Virus record (IMG/VR): IMGVR_UViG_3300040985_001407
Coordinates: 1-26,289 of that record
DNA length: 26,289 bases
Source: a virus
Lineage: Duplodnaviria > Caudoviricetes
Direction: 5' to 3' (one strand)
Positions 1 through 9,079 of this stretch are shown piece after piece. Under the pieces are notes generated by a model. That model did not search any database and was not told the DNA's origin. It saw only the letters and a program-made list of their open reading frames with translations. Position 1 is the first letter of the stretch. Each line of letters starts with the position of its first letter. A program made the position numbers and the translations under genes.

Positions 1-42
1 GTTGTTGTTAACCAAGTTGGTACATGGGCGCAAGAGGCTTAA
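1..42 (+). CDS. 3' end of an upstream gene, probably a capsid decoration/cement protein (partial)
   Basis: Frame 1 reads VVVNQVGTWAQEA-stop and ends 3 nt before the capsid ATG. The product is inferred from position only. Confidence 0.4.
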   Translation, partial: VVVNQVGTWAQEA

Positions 43-45
43 ATT

Positions 46-984
46 ATGAGTGCTATTAAATTAGGAAGTAGAGCGATCATCGGGGAGTTCTTTAAAACCC
101 TCGATGTAGACGCAAGCAACGGGTGGGTTGAACCTTTATCCATGCTTTTCACATCAGACCAAGACAGTGAAACTTACGAATGGATTGGTCAATCGCCAGC
201 CATGCGTGAGTGGGTCGGCGGCAGAAATGCCAAAGGCTTCACTGGTAACGGCCTGACAATCACAAACAAGCATTACGAGGCAACTCTTGATGTGTTACTG
301 CGTGAGCTAAGACGTGATAAAACTGGTCAAGTAATGGTCAGAATCCGCGAGTTAGCAATGAGGACCAATTCACATTGGGCTTCTTTGCTGAGTACGTTGA
401 TTACTGATGGTGAAAGCACCAACGCTTATGATGGTCAGTTCTTCTTTGATACTGATCATAGCGAGGGCGATTCCGGTTCACAGGATAACGACATCACTGT
501 GGATATTTCCGCACTGCCTGTTGCTACCGCTGGAACAACCACTGCCCCATCAGTTGAAGAAATGCAACAGAGTATCCTCAAGGGTGTAGCGCAGATTCTA
601 TCCTTTAAAGATAACCAAGGTGAGCCAATGAACGAGAACGGCCAGAAGTTTTTGGTAATGGTTCCAGTTGCCTTGCATTATGTGGCGATGAACGCCATCA
701 CATCACCACGCGGTACCGGCTTAACTGAGCAGTTACCTGTTGGACTAGATGTTACGGTTGTATCTAACCCTCGTCTGACTTGGACTGATAAGTTTGCTGT
801 GTTCCGTATGGATGGCTCAATGAGTCCTTTCATCCGACAACAGGAAACTGAAGTTGTGATTAAAGCCAAGGCTGAAGGTTCAGAATACGAATTCGACAAC
901 GATGCCCATCAGTATGGTGTGGATACCTGGAGAAATGTTGGTTATGGCTACTGGCAGTATGCTTGCCTTGTGACAATGATCTAA
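46..984 (+). CDS. Major capsid protein, Mu-like gpT family
   Basis: 312 aa with gpT-like motifs ETYEWIGQSPAMREWVG, NKHYEATL, YDGQFFFDTDH and C-terminal YGVDTWRNVGYGYWQYA; lies upstream of head-tail genes. Confidence 0.9.
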   Translation: MSAIKLGSRAIIGEFFKTLDVDASNGWVEPLSMLFTSDQDSETYEWIGQSPAMREWVGGRNAKGFTGNGLTITNKHYEATLDVLLRELRRDKTGQVMVRIRELAMRTNSHWASLLSTLITDGESTNAYDGQFFFDTDHSEGDSGSQDNDITVDISALPVATAGTTTAPSVEEMQQSILKGVAQILSFKDNQGEPMNENGQKFLVMVPVALHYVAMNAITSPRGTGLTEQLPVGLDVTVVSNPRLTWTDKFAVFRMDGSMSPFIRQQETEVVIKAKAEGSEYEFDNDAHQYGVDTWRNVGYGYWQYACLVTMI

Positions 985-986
985 AC

Positions 987-1283
987 ATGGCTTTCTGGGT
1001 CGCCAATGACTTAACCGAGATGTTCGACACGGACGCTTTTGGAACTGCGAGTACTTATACCGCCGCGGGTCAAAGTGCCGTGACGATCAACGGGAGTCTG
1101 AGGACTGAGTACATAGAGATTGAAGGGGTAGAGACTTCAGCCCCGATCTTTGTATGTGCCACCACAGACGTGTCATCAGCGGCGCATGGAGACTTGCTGA
1201 CATCTGACTCCGTGGCCTATACGGTTCGCGGGGTTCAAGATTCAGGTTATGGCACCACAATGTTGATTCTGGAAACCGTGTAA
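987..1283 (+). CDS. Head-tail joining protein (lambda gpFII-like)
   Basis: ATG at 987 just after the capsid stop; 98 aa with MFDTDAFG, GDLL, YTVRGVQDSGYGTTMLIL pattern. Confidence 0.75.
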   Translation: MAFWVANDLTEMFDTDAFGTASTYTAAGQSAVTINGSLRTEYIEIEGVETSAPIFVCATTDVSSAAHGDLLTSDSVAYTVRGVQDSGYGTTMLILETV

Positions 1284-1729
1284 TGGCTAACCACATTAGG
1301 CAACAGCTACGCGAAGACGCGGAAACAACAGTAACAGGATTGACTACGACAGGAACGAATGTTTTTAGCGGGAGAAGTTACCCCCTAGAAGAGAGCAAAC
1401 TACCCTGCCTTTTGGTATTTACCAAAAGTGAAACGTCAGAGTACATTTCGCTGACATCACCGAGGCGCAAAGAGCGCACAGTAGATCTGGTAATAATGGG
1501 GGTTGCTAAAGCGGCATCTGGACTAGATGACACATTAGACTTGATCTCAAAAGAGGTTGAGGAAGCTATTGAAGCCGATGTAACACTTGGCGGGACGGCT
1601 AAAGATTTGGAATTAGTGACAACCGAGATTGCTCTAGAGGACGGCGGTAGTCAGCCACTTGGAACAATAGAGCTTACGTTTCAGGTTATTTATAACACAG
1701 CCGAAGCAGACAGTGATGCGGCGATATAG
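1283..1729 (+). CDS. Tail terminator / minor tail protein (lambda gpU-like)
   Basis: Acidic 148 aa: MANHIRQQLR, NVFSGRSYPL, LPCLLVF, DDTLDLISKEVEEA; directly upstream of the tail tube genes. Confidence 0.75.
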   Translation: MANHIRQQLREDAETTVTGLTTTGTNVFSGRSYPLEESKLPCLLVFTKSETSEYISLTSPRRKERTVDLVIMGVAKAASGLDDTLDLISKEVEEAIEADVTLGGTAKDLELVTTEIALEDGGSQPLGTIELTFQVIYNTAEADSDAAI

Positions 1730-1741
1730 GAGTATATAAAA

Positions 1742-2146
1742 TTGGCTACACATACAGGGCAAGAAGGTTATGTTGTAATTGGCGCAACTCTAAATGCGTC
1801 TAACTCAATCGGTGAGTTGAAATCCTGGAGCGTTACAGAGACAGCGGCAACGATTGACACGACCAACCTTATCGCAACAGCAACTACTCACGCTTTAGGA
1901 CAGACTAGTTGGAGCGGGAACGCCACGGCATTTCTGGACGAAACGGACTCGCCACAAGATTTAGTCCTTGTAGGGTCAAGCCTGACAATAACATTCGCGT
2001 TTGAAGGTTTTACGTCCGGTGATGATTATATGCAAGGAACGGCCACCGTTACCAGCAGAGGCGAAAGTGCCAGCGTTGGTGGTATGGCAGAGATCAATTT
2101 TGATTTTACCGGAACTGGAGCGTTAACCCGCACCACTATCGCGTAA
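1742..2146 (+). CDS. Tail tube (major tail) protein, copy 1, TTG start
   Basis: 134 aa, MATHTGQEG..ELKSWS..SWSG..FTGTGALT; AGGAG 9 nt upstream of TTG; between terminator and chaperone genes. Confidence 0.85.
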   Translation: MATHTGQEGYVVIGATLNASNSIGELKSWSVTETAATIDTTNLIATATTHALGQTSWSGNATAFLDETDSPQDLVLVGSSLTITFAFEGFTSGDDYMQGTATVTSRGESASVGGMAEINFDFTGTGALTRTTIA

Positions 2147-2172
2147 TATAATATAATATAGGAGTAAATACT

Positions 2173-2577
2173 ATCGCCACGCACACTGGAGCAGAAGGGT
2201 ACGTCATCATTGGCGGTACGGTTCAAACGTCTTCATCAATTTCAGAGTTGAAAAGTTGGAGCGTTACAGAAACGGCGGCAACTATTGACACCACAAATTT
2301 AATCGCTACGGCAACTACTCACGCTTTAGGACAGACAAGCTGGAGCGGAAACGCCACGGCATTTCTGGACGAAACAGACACAGAACAAGATGCCTTGACC
2401 ATTGGCGCAAGCGTCACGGTCACATTCGCGTTTGAGGGTGCTGCTTCTGGTGATGACTACATGCAAGGAACGGCCACCGTTACCAGCAGAGGCGAGAGTG
2501 CCAGCGTTGGTGGAATGGCAGAAATCAATTTTGACTTTACAGGGTCAGGAGCATTAACACGCGCTACAGTAGCGTAG
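2173..2577 (+). CDS. Tail tube protein, copy 2, apparent ATC start
   Basis: The frame is open from ATC at 2173 (ATC GCC ACG CAC ACT GGA = xATHTG) and is colinear with copy 1 at the same 405-nt length. AGGAG lies 8 nt upstream; an in-frame TAA at 2149 excludes an upstream ATG/GTG/TTG. Confidence 0.8.
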   Translation: MATHTGAEGYVIIGGTVQTSSSISELKSWSVTETAATIDTTNLIATATTHALGQTSWSGNATAFLDETDTEQDALTIGASVTVTFAFEGAASGDDYMQGTATVTSRGESASVGGMAEINFDFTGSGALTRATVA

Positions 2578-2584
2578 TGAAGTT

Positions 2585-2662
2585 TTGTGTAGTCCTAGCC
2601 CTCACATCTCCTGATCTCCCTGTGGCGGGGGCTAGGGTTGCACACCTACACAACGGAGATCA
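2585..2662 (+). promoter_or_regulatory. Structured intergenic leader of the tail chaperone gene, containing an anti-Shine-Dalgarno
   Basis: TTGTGTAG(2585)/CTACACAA(2646) and CCTAGCCC(2594)/GGGCTAGG(2629) stems; loop TGATCTCC(2612) is complementary to the SD region GGAGATCA(2655). Confidence 0.5.
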
Positions 2663-2664
2663 CC

Positions 2665-3003
2665 ATGTTTATTGATAAAGTTACAAAGCATTATGAGGAC
2701 GCGATTGTTGGCGCACTGCAGGAAATCGAGGTGCCAGAGTGGGAAGCATCAGTATTTTACCGCCCTTCCCTGACGCTCAGACAACAGCAAAAGTTAATCA
2801 ATCTGCAACGGGATAATAAAGAGACTGAGGCGTTAGTCGAAATGTTGATAATGAGAGCATTGGACGTTGACGGGGAACCCCTTTTTGGTGCTGTCAACAA
2901 GCGGTCACTGATGCAAAGAGCAGACACCCGCGTGATTCACCGGATCATTGACGCGATGAACTCAGCCGATGACATCAACTTGGAGATAGCGGAAAAAAAG
3001 TAG
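2665..3003 (+). CDS. Tail assembly chaperone (lambda gpG-like)
   Basis: GGAG SD then ATG at 2665; EIEVPEW motif; between tail tube and tape measure; ends in a slippery site. Confidence 0.85.
   Translation: MFIDKVTKHYEDAIVGALQEIEVPEWEASVFYRPSLTLRQQQKLINLQRDNKETEALVEMLIMRALDVDGEPLFGAVNKRSLMQRADTRVIHRIIDAMNSADDINLEIAEKK
2994..3000 (+). promoter_or_regulatory. Programmed -1 ribosomal frameshift site A AAA AAG
   Basis: GAA AAA AAG TAG at the chaperone end; the -1 frame stays open to 3143. Confidence 0.85.
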
Positions 3004-3143
3004 AGGAACCCGAACTCTACAACCTGTACGCCTTGGCTGAGTCGCTCCATGTGACGCTGGCCGAGGTACAGGATATGAACATTGCAGAGTACTACGGGTG
3101 GATTGCTTATTTTAGCATCAAGCAAAAGAGGATGGATAGATAG
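3000..3143 (+). CDS. Frameshift extension of the tail chaperone (gpGT-like)
   Basis: -1 frame: VEEPELYNLYALAESLHVTLAEVQDMNIAEYYGWIAYFSIKQKRMDR-stop, typical LAxxLxxTxxE..M..E..W.AY motif; stop abuts the tape measure ATG. Not in the ORF track. Confidence 0.85.
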   Translation, partial: VEEPELYNLYALAESLHVTLAEVQDMNIAEYYGWIAYFSIKQKRMDR

Positions 3144-5378
3144 ATGGCCGCTGGAAGTTTACCCGATGTTAAGTTTAGCCTTAGAGCTGTTGATAAAACG
3201 CGGGGCGCGTTTTCCTCAGTTAATAAGGGTTTATCGTCTGTAACTAGATCAGCCGCCATTGCCACAGCTACCGTGGCGGCAACTACTATTGCCCTGTCCG
3301 CCCTATCAGCAAAAGCCAGTGAGCTATCTAAACGGCTTCTGGTAACTTCCAAAGTAACTGGCGCCACTGTTGAACAGCTTCAACAGTTGGACGCGCTGGC
3401 ATTCAGGGAGATAGGAACCAGAAACGCTTTTTCTGATATGGGCGGCTTTGCGGCTGAATTAAAAGAGAAAATCGGGGATGCAACAAAAGAGATCATACTA
3501 TTTAACCAAGCTGGTGGGCAGGGCAACATAGCGGGAGACATTTCTGAAGCGTTTAAGCTGATCGGCATCAACGCCACAGAGATGAACAGATTGGACATGG
3601 TTGGGCAGTTGTCCGCAATCGCTAAAGCACTGGATGCCTCTGGAGATGCGGCAGTTCATTTTGCCGACACCGTTTTTGGTGGCAATGAGGGGCGAAAGTT
3701 CCTAGCCCTCGCCCCAATGCTGAAAGATGCCACGGCGTTGAATGAAGAGATGGCTAAAGCCCCCGCCATTAGTAGAGAGCAGTTAATAGTCGTTAAAGAA
3801 ATGGGTAATTCTTGGGATAGGCTATCAAAAACCATCAGCAACAAGGTCGTAACGTCCCTTGCTGACGTGTTGGTAAAATACAAACTTCTGGACAGAGCGG
3901 CCATAGATTTTGAGATGTTTACCAACGGGCTGGCGGCAATATCTTTGGAATCTCAGTTAGCGGCAGAGACACAAGCCAGCAATATATCAGGCATTGGCTC
4001 AATGATTGGGCAGATGATCTCTGATCTTGCTGATGGCAAGAATGTATTAGAAGAAAATTATGACTTTGGCAAGTTAAGCGACAAGGCAAAAATACTTATA
4101 ACGGCCATTGCTGACTTAGAAAAAGAGACTCTTAAACTGGACAAGCGTCTTCAAAAGGTGATGGAAACGCCCTTGAAGATAATAATTGATGCCCCGTGGG
4201 GTCTTGGTTCAGAAAGCGGTATAGGCACTGACACAGCCGCCGCCATAGAGATACAGACTAAAGACTCAGTAGCGGCGGGTATTAAGGCTGGGCTTACGGG
4301 GGGAAATGCCCTTAAAGCATTTGGAGATTCCTTGCAGAATCAGATTTTTAACAGCCTATCCAAAGCTATAGCCAAAAGCCTAGTAAAAGCCGCTGGTGTG
4401 TCTTCCCTGTCGCTAATGGGGGGAGGTTTGGGAGTAGCGGCGGGGTTGGCAGGTATTAGTGCGCTCATGGCTGAAAAGGATAGAGAGAGTGCCAAAAAAG
4501 AGGAAAGAATAGCCAACGCCACCGAGGAGACAGCTAGACTGTTAAAGGAGAGTAGCCTTAACTTACGTCTAGCTGAGGACGTAGGGATAACCAATGCCAC
4601 TGTTGTCAATCGCGATAGAAGAGGGTCAGGGGCATTTGCCGCTAATTTTTTAGAGAACTTGTCAAACCCCGCAACCCGTTCAGGGATAAGCAGGATAGCC
4701 GATATGCAACACCCAGATAAACTGCTTGAGGCCAGCAAGAAACGCATAAATGATACCCTTGGTGCAATCGTTGGCAAAGACTCTCGATGGTTAAAGGAAT
4801 TGAACGCGGCCATGAAAGAGGGCGGCGGCGGGACTGTAGCAGATATAGTTGTTACAACCGCCGCTGTAGGGAGTAAAGAACTGGCCGATGCTATGGGGGC
4901 GTTAAGTTCGGATATGATAAGGATTACGAATAGCACAAAAGAAGCTAATGAAGCAGAAAAAAGTCTAGCTAGAACCCGCGAAGCCTCACGGGAAGGCATA
5001 AAGAACTACCTCAATGATCTAAGACTAGGTGACAAAAGCACACTGTCCATGTCTGAAAAACTCAAGCTGGCCGCTGATAAATTTGGCACTACCTCTGCGC
5101 TTGCCGAGTCTGGAGATCAGAACGCTATAAATGCGCTACGTAAAGCATCAGACGATTACTTAACTGTTGCCCGTGAGTTTGGCGCGTCCGGTGAAGCATA
5201 TCAGGCGGCGTTTGATCAGGTCACTGATGTACTTGAAAAGGTTGCGGATCCAGAAGCCAAGCCGGACATAATCGTGACGCTAGAGCTGGATGGTGAAGCA
5301 ATCGGTAAAGCGGTTGCATCTTATAGTGAAGAGTCCACATCTAGGGGCGCAGAGAACACAGGCGCGGGTGTAACCTAA
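3144..5378 (+). CDS. Tail tape measure protein
   Basis: 744 aa, Ala/Gly-rich and helical; N-terminal LRAVDKTRGAFSSV; follows the frameshifted chaperone. Confidence 0.9.
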   Translation: MAAGSLPDVKFSLRAVDKTRGAFSSVNKGLSSVTRSAAIATATVAATTIALSALSAKASELSKRLLVTSKVTGATVEQLQQLDALAFREIGTRNAFSDMGGFAAELKEKIGDATKEIILFNQAGGQGNIAGDISEAFKLIGINATEMNRLDMVGQLSAIAKALDASGDAAVHFADTVFGGNEGRKFLALAPMLKDATALNEEMAKAPAISREQLIVVKEMGNSWDRLSKTISNKVVTSLADVLVKYKLLDRAAIDFEMFTNGLAAISLESQLAAETQASNISGIGSMIGQMISDLADGKNVLEENYDFGKLSDKAKILITAIADLEKETLKLDKRLQKVMETPLKIIIDAPWGLGSESGIGTDTAAAIEIQTKDSVAAGIKAGLTGGNALKAFGDSLQNQIFNSLSKAIAKSLVKAAGVSSLSLMGGGLGVAAGLAGISALMAEKDRESAKKEERIANATEETARLLKESSLNLRLAEDVGITNATVVNRDRRGSGAFAANFLENLSNPATRSGISRIADMQHPDKLLEASKKRINDTLGAIVGKDSRWLKELNAAMKEGGGGTVADIVVTTAAVGSKELADAMGALSSDMIRITNSTKEANEAEKSLARTREASREGIKNYLNDLRLGDKSTLSMSEKLKLAADKFGTTSALAESGDQNAINALRKASDDYLTVAREFGASGEAYQAAFDQVTDVLEKVADPEAKPDIIVTLELDGEAIGKAVASYSEESTSRGAENTGAGVT

Positions 5379-7936
5379 TGGCTCAGGCTTACGCGCTACT
5401 TGCAGAGATCGTTAATGGGGGAGCAACCTATTATCTGGCTGATCGTCCTTATTACACGGCTGGTGGCGTTACTCCTGCTGATCAAGGCTATTACGCCGTA
5501 ATAAAGAAAGACGGCTTACCGCGTATCTCACAGCGCATACAAGCCACTTTCACGGGCAAAGCCGCGCTGACATTTGGCAAACTGCAACTGGTGACCAAAA
5601 CCGTTAACGCCGTTAACCTTCTGACCACCAATTTTCGTGGCAAGACAATTACAATGTACTGGGCTAAAGTCTCAGCTAACGGAACCGCTGATGACCATGA
5701 CAACAAGATAACCCTGTTCACTGGGGTCATAGGTACGAAAGCATGGGATGATAACACCCAACTGCTAACCCTGGAGATGGTTGACAAGTCACTAGACCTG
5801 TCAGAAATTCAAATACCGGACACGCAAGTACAGCCTCCATATGCGCTCAGGTACGACAACACTTATACGTTTGATGGTTTCACCGCAAGCGAAGCGTCTG
5901 CCCAATATGGCAAGTTTGTTCTAGTCTCCAATGACGGCACAAAGATGCTGGTTGCCATGCCTTCTAAAACTGAGACATACAGCTTTCAGGGTGTTGTAAT
6001 TTACCTAGAAAAATCAGCGGGGCTGTGGGTACAGAAGCAGAAGATTATAGACGCTACACCCGTTAGCATGAACGACAATTTCGGGGGAGACATTGCGGCT
6101 GATGACGCTTTTGATACAGCCGCGATAATGGTTAGCGGAAAAGACGTGGTACAGGTGTGGAACCGCTCAGGCTCAACGTGGACGTTATCAAGTGATTCCG
6201 GTTTACCTCTCGCGCCCTCTGTGGGTGTTTTAGCCAGTTCTGGACACCTTGATATGTCTGGCGATGGCTTGCGGGTGGTGTACCTTACAGATACTGACAA
6301 GTATGACATTAAAGTTTTAAGTGGTGGTACTTGGTCGCTCGAAAAGAACATAACAAACGCTGACATCACTAAAGCGTTTATAACCAGTGCCAATCAAGGC
6401 GCGATAGCCATAAATGATGACGGATCAAAGCTAGGCATAACGCATTCCGGAACATTCAACATTTTAACCAGATCAGGGTCAACGTGGACAGAAGCGAACG
6501 AGTTCACCGGAATCACAGCGCCTTTTGTTGGGCTAGGTATTGGGACAACAGGGGCGCGGTTCGTTGCTGAAGACACGGCCACAACCTTAAAAGTTTATGT
6601 TGAATCTGGCGGCACTTGGTCACTTGAAGCAACAATCACAACATTCGAGACTCTAGGCGCACAGCGCAAGCACCAGATGAGCGTTGCCGAGGATGTTATA
6701 GCGGTTGGTGTTCTTCAGGGTTCCACAAACGGGGTCGAGTTCTTCACGCGCTCAGGATCAACGTGGACAAAGAAAGCAGGACAGGCCATCGATGCCAATC
6801 AGTTGCTTGGTGCAATTGCGTTTGATAAAACTAACCCCAGTATTTTAATGGTCGGATCAAGCGCGGGAGTTGTTAACGGGGTAGCAGTTGGGACGGTCAT
6901 AGATTATGAGATAACGAACACCGCCAGCACGTATTCGACCTCTAACGCTGTACCGGACGAGTCACTAGAACGCTTTGAACCCATGACGTTAGGCCACTGC
7001 TTCAACATACAGCCTCTGTTTATTGACGCTTATGAAGAATTTTTCTTATGTGATGATGATGACATTGATCGTGTCTATACTCTGCGGGACAGGGGCGTTA
7101 TCCTTACCCAGACACAGACTTCCACAGAGTACGCCGCAGGGCGTGTGTATGCCCCTTCCCCTGATGGTGACGTTACAGTAACGCTGAGCGGCAAGAAATG
7201 CCCCTCTGGTTTAACGCTTTGCACTTCTGGCAACTCAATGAACCAGCTTGATGAAATAATTCAGTACCTGCTAGTAAAAAAGGCTTCGATGACCTCCGGC
7301 AATATAACGCTTACCAGTCTGCCAAATGGTGAAGTTGGTTTGTATATACCCGATCAAATAACGCTGACTGAAGCAATCACAAAGCTGGTTACATCATTCT
7401 ATGGTTACTGGTTTTTTGGCACTGATGGTAAATTTAACGCAACGATATTTGATGTTCCCCAATCAAGCGGGTACAAGATTGGGAACCAACGGATAATTGG
7501 CAAACTCACAGCAATGGAAGTTCAGGACATCTACGACACGGTAGATTACACCTACCGCCCAAACTACCACCCCTCTGATGATATCGCGGCATCCGTGAGC
7601 CAGTTGGACACTAAGCAACTCAAGGCCGATAGCTTCACCGGCACGAAAACGGACAGCACTATAACTAGCGCGTACCCAACAGCTAAGACAACTACTCACG
7701 ATACGCTATACTTTACTAATACAGACGCGAACACTGTGGCTACTAGGATTCTAGCTTGTCACAGGCAGATCAGATACAGGGTTAAACTCACAACTCCTTA
7801 CGATGGCACACAGTTAGTGCTTGGCGGGGCGGTAGAGCTTGAAGACACCAGCCTTGACGGTGATTATGTTATTGTTGGGTTAAGCACTAAAATGATGGAA
7901 GGTAATCTTGTTTACGAGGTGGAATTATGGGGATGA
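5378..7936 (+). CDS. Large tail-tip/hub protein with an internal repeat (beta-propeller-like) domain
   Basis: 852 aa after tape measure; PMTLGHCFNIQP tail motif; central RSGSTWT x3 and SGGTWSLE x2 repeats. Confidence 0.75.
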   Translation: MAQAYALLAEIVNGGATYYLADRPYYTAGGVTPADQGYYAVIKKDGLPRISQRIQATFTGKAALTFGKLQLVTKTVNAVNLLTTNFRGKTITMYWAKVSANGTADDHDNKITLFTGVIGTKAWDDNTQLLTLEMVDKSLDLSEIQIPDTQVQPPYALRYDNTYTFDGFTASEASAQYGKFVLVSNDGTKMLVAMPSKTETYSFQGVVIYLEKSAGLWVQKQKIIDATPVSMNDNFGGDIAADDAFDTAAIMVSGKDVVQVWNRSGSTWTLSSDSGLPLAPSVGVLASSGHLDMSGDGLRVVYLTDTDKYDIKVLSGGTWSLEKNITNADITKAFITSANQGAIAINDDGSKLGITHSGTFNILTRSGSTWTEANEFTGITAPFVGLGIGTTGARFVAEDTATTLKVYVESGGTWSLEATITTFETLGAQRKHQMSVAEDVIAVGVLQGSTNGVEFFTRSGSTWTKKAGQAIDANQLLGAIAFDKTNPSILMVGSSAGVVNGVAVGTVIDYEITNTASTYSTSNAVPDESLERFEPMTLGHCFNIQPLFIDAYEEFFLCDDDDIDRVYTLRDRGVILTQTQTSTEYAAGRVYAPSPDGDVTVTLSGKKCPSGLTLCTSGNSMNQLDEIIQYLLVKKASMTSGNITLTSLPNGEVGLYIPDQITLTEAITKLVTSFYGYWFFGTDGKFNATIFDVPQSSGYKIGNQRIIGKLTAMEVQDIYDTVDYTYRPNYHPSDDIAASVSQLDTKQLKADSFTGTKTDSTITSAYPTAKTTTHDTLYFTNTDANTVATRILACHRQIRYRVKLTTPYDGTQLVLGGAVELEDTSLDGDYVIVGLSTKMMEGNLVYEVELWG

Positions 7937-8166
7937 TGGGCGCGGACGTTATGCAGATGTTTACAGGTGTTGTTGTCCCGACCATGGGGTTAGTTCTTGT
8001 TTGGCTTTCGCGGTCTATAAACCGCAACGCTGGAGCTATCAATAAAGTTAAGGAAGAGTTATATAAAGAGTATGTCAGGCGCAATGATTATAAAGCAGAC
8101 GTTGATGAAATAAAGCAAATGATCCGTGACCTCTCCGACAAGTTCGAAGCAGACAGGAGGGCATAG
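7927..8166 (+). CDS. Small membrane-anchored coiled-coil phage protein (possible holin-like)
   Basis: One N-terminal hydrophobic helix and a YVRRNDYKADVDEIKQMI motif common in small phage membrane proteins; exact start uncertain (7927/7933/7936). Confidence 0.6.
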   Translation: MGMMGADVMQMFTGVVVPTMGLVLVWLSRSINRNAGAINKVKEELYKEYVRRNDYKADVDEIKQMIRDLSDKFEADRRA

Positions 8167-8167
8167 C

Positions 8168-9049
8168 ATGGAGTTCTATTTTAATGACATAGTTGAAGAA
8201 TCAGATATAACGATTGCGGCAAATAACGCCACAAATTATCCTGAGTCAAATTTAGCAACAACTCACAGGGCTGACGTGTGGCGTTCGGTCACTGATGCCA
8301 CTGGTGAAGTTGATGACGAAAACATTGATGTTACTAGGGCGGGAGCGGCAACGGACAATGATGTACATGTAAGCAGATTGATATTGCTAGACCACAACCT
8401 GTACGAATTTGAAGATCCTGAAGGCTCAACTGATGGGAAGTGTACAGTCACTAGTTACACAGATTCGCTGGGCGGCACGATTGGTTCCAATAGCGCAGTA
8501 AGCCAAGTGCCGCAAGATGAATGGGCGTTATCTGGTGTGGGTCACGCGGGTTATGGCGGCGCATTTGGTTCGCCGTTTGATTATAACTTAGTACCTAGCC
8601 GCCCTAGTATGGTTATAGAACTGACACCATCAACAGACCTGTATTGGCGTGTGGTCATCAGTAACCCAGACAGCGCGGTAAACTATTTGCAGATTGGTAA
8701 ACTTATCCTATCTGATCACTGGGTTTTAGATGAGTCCTCGTGCGTCATGACGTACAAGAGCAATTCAGCTATACTTAAAGCGCGGGGCGGTCAGATGTAC
8801 AGTAATCCGTTGCACAACTTTACAAAATACTCTGTAGAGTTTAGAGGTGTTAACTTGTCGGCCATGTTAACCCTGAATTTTGCATATCAGCGGTTTGGCG
8901 ATCACTCTCCTTTCGCCTGTACGGTTAGACCATCAGGGACAGGGCTGAATGAGTCAACTCTGATTTACGCACGTTTTACATCATTTAAGTACACCAGTCT
9001 GGCTCAAGAAAGATTTAACATCAGTATTGAACTAGAGGAAGTTTTATAA
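8168..9049 (+). CDS. Tail/distal tail structural protein
   Basis: AGGAGG SD then ATG at 8168; YPESNL, LILLDHNL, YWRVVI..YLQIGKL motifs seen in phage tail proteins. Confidence 0.65.
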   Translation: MEFYFNDIVEESDITIAANNATNYPESNLATTHRADVWRSVTDATGEVDDENIDVTRAGAATDNDVHVSRLILLDHNLYEFEDPEGSTDGKCTVTSYTDSLGGTIGSNSAVSQVPQDEWALSGVGHAGYGGAFGSPFDYNLVPSRPSMVIELTPSTDLYWRVVISNPDSAVNYLQIGKLILSDHWVLDESSCVMTYKSNSAILKARGGQMYSNPLHNFTKYSVEFRGVNLSAMLTLNFAYQRFGDHSPFACTVRPSGTGLNESTLIYARFTSFKYTSLAQERFNISIELEEVL

Positions 9050-9079
9050 ACCGTTGAATAGATAGAGGATGAAACTATT

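Noticed and set aside
2248-2577. 109-aa tail protein starting at TTG 2248
   Set aside because: Homology to copy 1 and the SD extend the gene to 2173; TTG 2248 is an internal Leu.
4340-4999. 219-aa antisense ORF and other antisense or alternate-frame ORFs inside long genes
   Set aside because: Shadow ORFs of well-supported genes, with no motifs or SD.
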